Assembly: GCA_963822445.1 (NCBI GenBank)
Contig: CAWGHO010000003.1
Location: 448,001-512,000 of the forward strand
Direction: 5' to 3'
Length of the DNA: 64,000 nucleotides
Source: an uncultured Acidobacteriota bacterium
GTDB taxonomy: Bacteria; Acidobacteriota; Thermoanaerobaculia; Gp7-AA8
A program made the translations under genes and the position numbers. Shown one piece after another: positions 1 to 7,801 of the stretch (position 1 is its first letter; each line of letters begins with the position of its first letter). The notes below the pieces were generated by a model that made no database searches, had not been told where the DNA came from, and saw nothing but the letters and a program-made list of their open reading frames with translations.

Positions 1-1645
1 GGTCCACGAGGGGAAGAACTTGTTGGCGTGGGCGGAGAGGCTGTTGTAGTCGCCGAACTGGTTGCCGGAATCGGCACCGGAGATGGTCTCGTCGGTCATG
101 GCCGTCGTGACCTTGATCGGCGCTTCCCAGCTCACGCCGCCGTTGGTGGAGAGCTGGAAGTAGATGTCGACCTTCTTGCGGCCGGCATCGTTGACGGTGT
201 CGTAGTACATCGCGCCGATGTTGCCGTTGGTCTCGTCGATGGCCAGGAACGGGTTGAACTGGTCGTTCAGACCGCTCTGGTTGTTGATCTTCACCCGCGT
301 GCTCCAGGTGGTGCCGCCGTCAGTCGAGCGCGAGAACCAGACCCGGGTCTTGCAGGTCGAGCTCGTGCTCGCACCGGGCTCGTTCGAGGCGGTCGTGCAG
401 CCGGTGTCGCCCGAGAGATCGGCCCACAGTGCGTAGACGTTGTTGGTGGTGCCGTTGCGGTACGTGCCGCCGGAGACGTAGATCAGAATGCGGCGGTTGT
501 TGAAGGCCGGCACGCCGATGTCGTACGAATCGTAGGTCGTGACGATCCGCGTCGGCGTGGAGTAGCTCGCGCCGCCGTTGGTCGACTTCACGACGTAGAT
601 GCCGCGCGACCCGGTGTCGGGCCAGAAGCCGAAGACGTCGCCGGCGGAGTTGGTCTTGACGTCCGCGCCGATCGACGTCCCGGTCGTTTCCGTCAAGCTG
701 ACCTTGATCGGAGTGCCCCAGCCCGCGGACGTGCGGCGGTTCATGTACGCCGGCGCGCCGTTGTGCCAGATCACGTAGTTCTGATCTTTGTACGGCGAGG
801 TTGCGCTGTGGTCGATCCACTGCATCTGCTTGTCGGTGCTGGTCTGAGTGCCCGAGACCGTGCCGTCGAAGATCCAGGTCGCGCCGCCGTTCGACGAGCG
901 GTACGACTGCACCTTCAGCACGCTCCCGTTGATGCCCATCGTGGTGGACCAGGCCGTGCCGTCCGAGCTCCAGTCGACCGTCGGGTCGGAGTGGAAGGAG
1001 TCGCCGCTGGCCAGCGGCAGGTTGGTCTGGCCCCAGGTCACGCCGCCGTCGGTCGACCAGTACATGCCCTGCTGGCCCGAGCCGCCGATGTTGTTCGAGC
1101 CGGCGATGATCTTGTTCGGGTCCCAGTAGTTGATGCGGATGTCGGATTCGCTGCGTCGAGCTGGTCTGCGTTCCCGAGGTGCGGACGTTTGCTCCCGAGG
1201 TGGCGTCGTCGGTACCGATCTTCCGTCCCGGCGCGCGCGAGCTGTGTTCGCCGCTCTCGTCCCGATCCCCGAACTCATATCCCGGCCCCATGTTCGCCTC
1301 GGGATGCCCGGGCTTCAGGTCCTGGTGGCTGACCATCCACTCCAGGATCTCCTTGAGCACGTGCGGATAGCCGCCCATCGGATCGTTCTCGTTGTCGTAA
1401 TTGCCTTCGGGATGGCCCTTGCGCCAGTAAACCTTCAGCCAGGGCGGCACGATCTTGTCGTCCGCGTCCTTGTCTTTGAGTTTCTTGAAGTCCTGGTTTT
1501 CCTTGATGAGCTTCTCCAGCGCGCTGCCCTTCTTGACGTGGGCGGCCTTGAGCTGCTCTTCGAGGGTGGGGAACTTGGGCGCGGCGCTGGCGATCTGCGC
1601 CGCAAAGAGAACGAGGGCGATTAAAAAGAGAGAGGTTTTCTTCAC
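1..1645 (-). CDS. Secreted BNR/Asp-box repeat (sialidase-like beta-propeller) protein; one frameshift near 1156; runs off the window start
   Basis: Signal peptide MKKTSLFLIALVLFAAQIASA. After correcting one base near 1156 the frame reads RSESDIRINYWDPNKIIAGSNN and contains repeated Asp-boxes (STDGGVTW, SSNGGATW, STNGGASY, STDGGTTW, STNGGVSW) and ends near GDYNSL. Confidence 0.8.
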
Positions 1646-1839
1646 GTACGTTTCCCTTCACTGAACGGCTTATTTTTTTAAGGCGGGATGGCGCTCTCCA
1701 TCTCAAGGCGCGTGCCGCGCGAAAAGCGCTTGTTTTTGGCCGATTTCAGCCATTCGGTAGTTTTCCTGACCCGCGAAGAGAGCGAATGGCGGGTCATGCT
1801 TTGAGCATCGCGGCAGGGCGTGACCCACGCGATCAATCC

Positions 1840-1907
1840 TGAACAAGTTCAAAAATCTCCTTGACCGTGGTGAGATCGCGGCTTATCTTTCAATTGAACG
1901 CGTTCAA
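1840..1907 (+). promoter_or_regulatory. Sigma70-type promoter flanked by two palindromic operators, probably for the downstream TetR
   Basis: TTGACC 1861-1866, 17-bp spacer, TATCTT 1884-1889. Palindromes TGAAC-AA-GTTCA (1840-1851) and TTGAAC-GC-GTTCAA (1894-1907). Confidence 0.7.
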
Positions 1908-1932
1908 ATCGCGTTCGGAAAGGCTGAAAGCC

Positions 1933-2289
1933 ATGATTCCGCTCACCACTTATCTCCTCTACCTGGTCCTCAGCATCGGCGTGGCCGCGTTCGTCGCCCA
2001 CACGCTCCACCGGCGGGGGCGGGTGTTTCTGCTGGACACCTTCCGCGGCAACGAGACCCTGGCCGACTCGGTCAATCACCTCCGGCGCATCGGCTTCTAC
2101 CTGATCACCGTCGGCTACGTGGCCATGTCGATGTCGTGGGGAAAGACGCCGGACGATCTCATCGAAGCCACGGAGTTCCTGAGCGCGCGGATCGGCGTGG
2201 TCCTGCTCCTCATCGGATTCATGCACGTTCTCGCCACCAGCCGGCTCACCTGGATGCGCCGGCGGGCGGAGATGGGGAAGGTGGTGTGA
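1933..2289 (+). CDS. Small membrane protein (3 TM), first gene of the TetR-regulated operon
   Basis: ATG at 1933; hydrophobic helices; GRVFLLDTFRGNETLADSVNHL..IGFYL motif. Confidence 0.75.
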   Translation: MIPLTTYLLYLVLSIGVAAFVAHTLHRRGRVFLLDTFRGNETLADSVNHLRRIGFYLITVGYVAMSMSWGKTPDDLIEATEFLSARIGVVLLLIGFMHVLATSRLTWMRRRAEMGKVV

Positions 2290-2291
2290 CC

Positions 2292-3251
2292 ATGAACATC
2301 GTCATTCCCGGCGGCTCCGGTCATCTCGGCACCCTCCTGGCCCGCGCGTTTCACACGAAGGGCTATCGCGTGGTCGTTCTCAGCCGCAATCCGCAGGCAG
2401 CGCCGTGGCGGGTGGTGGAGTGGGACGGGCGCACGGTCGGGCCATGGGCGCGCGAGCTCGAAGCCGCGGACGCGGTGATCAATCTCGCCGGCCGCAGCGT
2501 CGACTGCCGTTACGACGCGCGGCATCGCGAGGAAATCATCCGCTCGCGCGTCGACTCGACGCGTGTCATCGGCGAAGCCATCGCCCGCTGCACGATTCCG
2601 CCGCGAGCGTGGCTGCAGATGAGCACCGCCACGATTTACGCGCACCGCTTCGACAAGGCCAACGACGAGCGCGCGGGAATCCTCGGCGGCGGAGAGCCGG
2701 ACGCGCCTGAGACGTGGCGATTCAGTATCGAGGTCGCCAAGGCCTGGGAGCGCGCGCTGGAGGAAGCGCCGGCGCCGCATACGCGCAAGGTCACGCTGCG
2801 AACGGCGATGGTCATGACGCACGAGCGCGGCGGCACGTTCGACGTCCTCTTCCGTCACGTGCGCCGCGGCCTCGGCCGGTTCGGCGATGGACGGCAGTAC
2901 GTGTCGTGGATTCACGAGCGCGACTTCGTTCGCGCGGTGGAGTGGCTGATCAGGAACGAGAGCATCGAAGGCATCGTGAATCTGGCCGCTCCCAGTCCGC
3001 TGCCGATGCACGAGTTTCTGCGCGAGCTCGCCGGCGCCGCGGGAAGGCGCGTGCTGTTGCCGCTCAAGCCGTGGATGATCGAGCTCGGAACGTTCCTGCT
3101 GCGCACGGAATCGGAGCTGGTGATGAAGAGCCGCCGCGTGATTCCGACGCGGTTGCTGGAGCGCGGATTCGCGTTCGCTTATCCGCGCTGGCCGGCGGCC
3201 GCGCGCGACCTCGTGCAGCAGCGGCGAGGCGGCGCGGGCGCGGTCTGGTGA
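2292..3251 (+). CDS. TIGR01777/YfcH-like NAD-dependent epimerase (DUF1731 C-terminus)
   Basis: MNIVIPGGSGHLG Rossmann motif, VINLAGRSV, SRVDST, GDGRQYVSWIH, SRRVIPTRLLERGFAF. Confidence 0.9.
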   Translation: MNIVIPGGSGHLGTLLARAFHTKGYRVVVLSRNPQAAPWRVVEWDGRTVGPWARELEAADAVINLAGRSVDCRYDARHREEIIRSRVDSTRVIGEAIARCTIPPRAWLQMSTATIYAHRFDKANDERAGILGGGEPDAPETWRFSIEVAKAWERALEEAPAPHTRKVTLRTAMVMTHERGGTFDVLFRHVRRGLGRFGDGRQYVSWIHERDFVRAVEWLIRNESIEGIVNLAAPSPLPMHEFLRELAGAAGRRVLLPLKPWMIELGTFLLRTESELVMKSRRVIPTRLLERGFAFAYPRWPAAARDLVQQRRGGAGAVW

Positions 3252-3946
3252 GCGTGTATCCTGCGCTCGTGCTTCAGCCCAGGGCGCAGACGGCCAAGGC
3301 CGAGGAGACGCGGGCGCGGATTCTGGACACGGCACTGCGCCTCTTCCGCGAGCGCGGCTTCGATCAGACGACGATGCGCGACGTTGCTTCCGAGGCGGGC
3401 GTTGCGACCGGCGCGGCCTACTACTACTTCCGCTCGAAGGAAGAGCTGGTCATGGCGTTCTACCTCCGCACCGCGGAGATGGAACGCGAAGAATTCGCGG
3501 CCGCGCTGGCGTCGACGAAAGACCTGCGCAAACGCATCCGGGCATTGATCGACATCAAGCTTCGCCAGTTCGAAGACCACCGCTCGCTGCTCACGGCCCT
3601 GCTCAAAGCGGGCGTCGATCCGCGCGACCCGCTTTCGCCATTCGGCGAGCAAACCGCGCCGGTCCGCGAACAAAGCCTGGCCTGGTTCGCGCGCGCCGTG
3701 GAAGGCGCGGACATGAAAGTGCCGAAGGACATCGCCCCGCACTTGGCGCGATTGCTCTGGCTCTACCACATGGGCCTGATCTACTTCTGGATCGTCGACA
3801 CATCCCCCAGCCAGCGCCGGACCCAGAAACTGCTCGACGGAACACTAGATCTGATCATGCAGCTCCTGCGCATCGCTTCGCTCCCGCTCATGGGACCGGT
3901 GCGGAAACGCTTGCTGGGCGTGTTGAAGGCGGTGGAGGAGGAGTGA
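3248..3946 (+). CDS. TetR/AcrR family transcriptional regulator
   Basis: TRARILDTALRLFRERGFDQTTMRDVASEAGVATGAAYYYFRSKEEL HTH; GTGA overlap with the upstream gene. Confidence 0.9.
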   Translation: MSVYPALVLQPRAQTAKAEETRARILDTALRLFRERGFDQTTMRDVASEAGVATGAAYYYFRSKEELVMAFYLRTAEMEREEFAAALASTKDLRKRIRALIDIKLRQFEDHRSLLTALLKAGVDPRDPLSPFGEQTAPVREQSLAWFARAVEGADMKVPKDIAPHLARLLWLYHMGLIYFWIVDTSPSQRRTQKLLDGTLDLIMQLLRIASLPLMGPVRKRLLGVLKAVEEE

Positions 3947-3953
3947 GGGGTGG

Positions 3954-4253
3954 TTATTCTGCGAACTCGCCGGCGACCAGTCGTTGCGCGAAGTTCCGAA
4001 CCGTGAGGATTGACACGCGTGATTTCTCGACGCGATAGATGACTCGATACGCTTTTCGGTATACGACTTCGCGAAACTCGGGCAGGCCGATCTCCGGTAC
4101 GACGCGGCCGGACTCCGGGAACCGTTCCAGCCGATCAGTGACTTCGAACAACCCCTCGAGCCATCGCAAAGCGGCTTCCGGTTTGTCACCCGCGATGAAT
4201 GCGGCCGCGTCGTACGCACGCTCGATTGCGAGCGGCGACCAGACGATTTTCAC
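3954..4253 (-). CDS. RelE/ParE family toxin
   Basis: MKIVWSPLA...LERFPESGRVVPE...REVVYRKAYRVIYRV. Confidence 0.9.
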   Translation of the reverse strand: MKIVWSPLAIERAYDAAAFIAGDKPEAALRWLEGLFEVTDRLERFPESGRVVPEIGLPEFREVVYRKAYRVIYRVEKSRVSILTVRNFAQRLVAGEFAE

Positions 4254-4534
4254 TTCTTGAATCGTCTCCGAAGCTCAGCCTTGGCGTCACGGTTCGCAAC
4301 TGCCTGGCCGGTCTCGATCTGCTGGATTGAAGTCCTGACATCGCTGAGGAGCTCGATCTCATCGACCATCCGTTCGTACTCGCCGACGTCGATCAACACG
4401 GCTGCCGAATGGCCGCGTTGAGTGAGAACCAAGGGCCGCCCGCTGTCCTTGACATGTTCAATGAGCTCCGCGGCGTTCGCGCGGAATTCAGAGACCGGCC
4501 TGATGTCGGTGTTGAGCTTTACCCGTCGACCCAT
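4250..4534 (-). CDS. Phd/YefM family antitoxin
   Basis: DIRPVSEFRANAAELIEHVKDSGRPLVLTQRGHSAAVL; GGAGG RBS before ATG 4534; 4-bp overlap with the toxin. Confidence 0.9.
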   Translation of the reverse strand: MGRRVKLNTDIRPVSEFRANAAELIEHVKDSGRPLVLTQRGHSAAVLIDVGEYERMVDEIELLSDVRTSIQQIETGQAVANRDAKAELRRRFKK

Positions 4535-4535
4535 C

Positions 4536-4563
4536 GTACCTCCAGAAGTACGTGCAAGCGTAC
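4536..4563. promoter_or_regulatory. Candidate antitoxin operator: three GTAC palindromic cores at 12-bp period
   Basis: GTAC at 4536, 4548 and 4560, directly upstream of the antitoxin start. Confidence 0.5.
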
Positions 4564-4609
4564 GTGAAGAGATCGCCGGCTGCAAACTGCGTTACCGAAG
4601 TTTGCGTGT

Positions 4610-4825
4610 TCAAACCCCGCGGGGATATTTCGATGTTCCCCGGGTAGGAGGTCGGTCATTCGATTGCGGATGTTGACCAGAACGACTGCGCCGATCAACG
4701 GCCGCTCGTAGCAGGACGCCGTTCCGCAACCCCTTTAACCCTTCGCGGCGAACGACAGCGGGCGCGAACTCCGCGAGGTACGGCTCGATTTGCTCTGGGA
4801 TCGTCTCGTCAATGAGCAACCGCAA
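4610..4825 (-). pseudogene. DUF5615 PIN-like toxin, internally deleted and frameshifted
   Basis: N-terminus MRLLIDETIP...GLKGLRNGVLLRAA is typical. The central segment is missing, and a C-terminal-like IGAVVLVNIRNRMTDLLP lies in another frame. Confidence 0.65.
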
Positions 4826-5033
4826 CGGCCGTTACCGCCTCTCGTGCGATTTCCAACGCAGCGACAGCCTGCTCACGCGACACAGTCGGAAACGCCTCGA
4901 GGAATTCATCCAGTGAGTCCCCAGCCTCGAGGTAATCGAACAGGCTCTGGACGGGGACACGCGTACCGACAAACACGGCCGTTCCACCCATGAGATCCGG
5001 ATCGGAATGAACGACATCGCGTGGGTTGGTCAT
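4809..5033 (-). CDS. DUF433 family antitoxin
   Basis: VVHSDPDLMGGTAVFVGTRVPVQSLFDYLEAGDSLDEFLEAFPTVSREQ. Confidence 0.9.
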   Translation of the reverse strand: MTNPRDVVHSDPDLMGGTAVFVGTRVPVQSLFDYLEAGDSLDEFLEAFPTVSREQAVAALEIAREAVTAVAVAH

Positions 5034-5074
5034 GAGGCTCATCTTACGCCTCACGCCGCGATATCTTCGCCGAC

Positions 5075-5800
5075 GTGAGACCCCTTTTCTTGATCGCGAC
5101 CCTGCTCGCGTCCCTTCCCCTCGCAGCATCCAACCTCTATCTCCGCGGTGTTACGGGCTGGGACCGGAGCGAACCAACCGTCCTTCGCGATCGCGACTGT
5201 TCCAACACCCAACCGCCCGCCCTTTTCGGCTGTGGCTTTGAGGCACGAGGTGAATTTGACGACGCCCAACGGTGGGAGCTCGCCATCGGGACCGAGCTGG
5301 CGCGACGGGCGCGAGTCGAGCTCGCGCTCTCGCATCGCGATCTGGACCTGGCCGCCGACGCGAATTTCACCGGCGTCAGCGGCGCGCAGTCAGTCACTGC
5401 CAGCGGCAACTCCCGATCGGCGCTGGTCATCGGGACGTACGAGCTCGCGCAGAACTGGACGATGCGGCCTTTCGTCACCGCCGGCGCAGGCGTCGCGCGA
5501 AACGAGATCGGCGAGATCACCTTTTCCTTTCCCGGAATCGCGCCGGACGCCGTGACCATCACCCGCGGCGGATCGCACACGACCCTCGCCTGGATAGCAG
5601 GTTTGGGCGTCTCGGTGCCGCTGACCGACTCGCTCCATCTCGATCTCGCCATCCGGCATCAGAACAGCGGCGAAGTCCGCACAGACGCGGGTCCGGCCAC
5701 GATCATCCGTCCTCGCGGAACGCTCGTTCTCGACGTCGCCGCGACCCGCGCAAAGGTCCGATCGACGGGGGCGATGCTCTCCGTGCGTTATCGGCTTTGA
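5075..5800 (+). CDS. Outer-membrane beta-barrel protein (opacity/OmpA-like transmembrane family)
   Basis: Signal peptide; RPFVTAGAGVARN and LAWIAGLGVSVPLTDSLHLDL; C-terminal SVRYRL beta-signal-like end. Confidence 0.8.
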   Translation: MRPLFLIATLLASLPLAASNLYLRGVTGWDRSEPTVLRDRDCSNTQPPALFGCGFEARGEFDDAQRWELAIGTELARRARVELALSHRDLDLAADANFTGVSGAQSVTASGNSRSALVIGTYELAQNWTMRPFVTAGAGVARNEIGEITFSFPGIAPDAVTITRGGSHTTLAWIAGLGVSVPLTDSLHLDLAIRHQNSGEVRTDAGPATIIRPRGTLVLDVAATRAKVRSTGAMLSVRYRL

Positions 5801-5824
5801 CGCCGCGATATCCTTCGCCCCGCA

Positions 5825-6751
5825 ATGGACGTGAAGAAATCCGCTGACGGGGTCGTGCTCGTCGACAAAATCGAGGGCATCACCTCGCACGACGTGGTGG
5901 AGCGTTTCCGCCGCCGCGCAAAGATCAAGAAAGTCGGCCACACCGGCACGCTCGACCCCCTGGCCACGGGTCTGCTCGTGCTCTGCGTCGGCAAGGCCAC
6001 CCGCCTGCAGGCCTATCTCATGGGGATGGAAAAGACGTACGAGGGCACGTTCCAGTTCGGCTGGGCCACCGACTCGTACGACTCGACCGGAACGCCGGTC
6101 GGCGAGGCCGTGGAAGCGAACATCGAAGGCGTCGATCTCGCGCCGCACGTCGCCAAGTTCACCGGCCCGATCGAGCAGATGCCGCCGGCCTTCTCGGCGA
6201 AGAAAGTCGACGGCGTCCGCGCGTACGAGCTCGCCCGCAAAGGCGAGGAAGTGAAGCTCAAGGTCAAGAGCGTCAACGTCTACGAGTTTCAGATCCTCGA
6301 AGTGAAAGGGTCGACGGCGCGCTTTCTCGTCCGGTCCTCGGCCGGCACGTACATGCGCTCGCTCGCCCACGACCTCGGCCAGTCCCTCGGAATCCCCGCG
6401 CATCTGAAAGACCTGCGGCGGACCAAGATCGGCAACTTCCACATCGATCAGGCCATCCACTTCGACAAAATGTCCGAGTCTGGGCCGGATGTGCTGCTGG
6501 CCGCGCCGCACTTTCAATCGCTGTCGGACATCGATCTCCCGCTCGAGAAGCTGCGGATCGACTGGGCCCAGCAGGGCAAGCTGATGCAGGGGCAGGGAGT
6601 GATCATCGTTCCCGCGGTCCCGGTGGCGAAAGGGGATCTGCTGGCGCTGGGCAATCCGCACGATCAACTGGTCGCCATCGCCGAGGTGGTGAACGTGCTT
6701 CGCGAGGGCGGCCCGGTCGAAGTGAAACCGAAAGTCGTTCTGGCAGGGTGA
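5825..6751 (+). CDS. truB: tRNA pseudouridine(55) synthase
   Basis: DKIEGITSHDVV, KVGHTGTLDPLATGLL, QMPPAFSAKKVDG, SAGTYMRSLAHDLG. Confidence 0.97.
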   Translation: MDVKKSADGVVLVDKIEGITSHDVVERFRRRAKIKKVGHTGTLDPLATGLLVLCVGKATRLQAYLMGMEKTYEGTFQFGWATDSYDSTGTPVGEAVEANIEGVDLAPHVAKFTGPIEQMPPAFSAKKVDGVRAYELARKGEEVKLKVKSVNVYEFQILEVKGSTARFLVRSSAGTYMRSLAHDLGQSLGIPAHLKDLRRTKIGNFHIDQAIHFDKMSESGPDVLLAAPHFQSLSDIDLPLEKLRIDWAQQGKLMQGQGVIIVPAVPVAKGDLLALGNPHDQLVAIAEVVNVLREGGPVEVKPKVVLAG

Positions 6752-6762
6752 CGGAGGACGCG

Positions 6763-7266
6763 ATGAGCAAGAGCGCGAAAGAGACCTTCCTCGAAAACTA
6801 CGACCGCGAGCATGAGACGACGATGCGCGTGTTGCGCGCGTATCCCGAGGATCAGCTCGATCTGAAGCCGAGCCCGAAGTCGAATTCGGCGCGCGACCTC
6901 GCCTGGACGCTGCGCCTCGAGCGCTACCTCGGCACCCGCGTCTGGAACGACGAATTCGCGAAGGGCTTCGCCGGCGGCACGCCTCCGAAACGGCCGGATT
7001 CCTGGAGCGAGCAGCTCGAGGAGCTGGAAAAGGCGCACAAAGAGTTCCGCGCCCTGGTCGCGTCCGCCACGGACGAGGAGCTGCAGCAGAAAGTGAAGTT
7101 CTTTACCGCCCCGAAGACGATGGGCGACATCTCCCGTCTGGACTGGATCTGGTTCCTCCTCCACGACCAGATCCACCATCGCGGGCAGTTCTCCGTGTAT
7201 CTGAGGATGGCCGGCGGGAAGGTGCCCTCGATTTACGGGCCGACGGCGGATGAGCCGTGGGTTTAA
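6763..7266 (+). CDS. DinB family protein
   Basis: GGAGG RBS; [13 protein letters not shown]; [27 protein letters not shown]. Confidence 0.88.
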   Translation: MSKSAKETFLENYDREHETTMRVLRAYPEDQLDLKPSPKSNSARDLAWTLRLERYLGTRVWNDEFAKGFAGGTPPKRPDSWSEQLEELEKAHKEFRALVASATDEELQQKVKFFTAPKTMGDISRLDWIWFLLHDQIHHRGQFSVYLRMAGGKVPSIYGPTADEPWV

Positions 7267-7276
7267 CCGCCCGGGA

Positions 7277-7305
7277 TTGTTTTCGTCCCTCCCCCCTGTT
7301 ATGGT
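7277..7305 (+). promoter_or_regulatory. rpsO promoter
   Basis: TTGTTT 7277-7282, 17-bp spacer, extended -10 TGn-TATGGT ending at 7305. Confidence 0.5.
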
Positions 7306-7364
7306 GTCGCGTTCTAAAACTGACGTGTGCCATCAACAACCGTAACTCATTAGGAGAGAGTATT

Positions 7365-7634
7365 TTGTCCACGACTAAGGAACAGAAGTCGGACCTCATC
7401 ACCACGTATCGCGTCCATGACGCAGATACCGGGTCGCCAGAAGTGCAGATCGCACTCCTCTCGAACCGCATTAGCTACCTGACCGAGCATTTCAAGACCC
7501 ACGCGAAGGACCATCACTCGCGCCGCGGTCTTCTCAAGCTGGTCGGCCGTCGCCGCCGTCTGCTGGATTACCTCAAGCAGATCGACGTGGAGCGCTACCG
7601 CTCGATCATCGACAAGCTCGGCATTCGTAAGTAA
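7365..7634 (+). CDS. rpsO: 30S ribosomal protein S15
   Basis: TTG start after AGGAG; 89 aa; [12 protein letters not shown]...[23 protein letters not shown]. Confidence 0.98.
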   Translation: MSTTKEQKSDLITTYRVHDADTGSPEVQIALLSNRISYLTEHFKTHAKDHHSRRGLLKLVGRRRRLLDYLKQIDVERYRSIIDKLGIRK

Positions 7635-7647
7635 TAGCGATCCTCTC

Positions 7648-7684
7648 GAAGGGCGGGCCGCCGAGGCCCGCCCTTCACGTTTTT
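7648..7684 (+). terminator. Intrinsic terminator/hairpin between rpsO and pnp
   Basis: GAAGGGCGGGCC-GCCGA-GGCCCGCCCTTC followed by ACGTTTTT. Confidence 0.8.
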
Positions 7685-7801
7685 CGGGCCTAAAGCCTGC
7701 ACCCCTAAAAATCCTTCTGGCCGGATCCCATCATTCGGCCCAAGCGACAAAAAATCAGCGCGAGGTGATGAGTGGTCTCGCGCACCATCTGAAGGAAATC
7801 A

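Noticed and set aside
7306-7364. S15 autoregulatory leader RNA
   Set aside because: It is plausible by position, but I could not identify a convincing structure by eye; a covariance-model search is needed.
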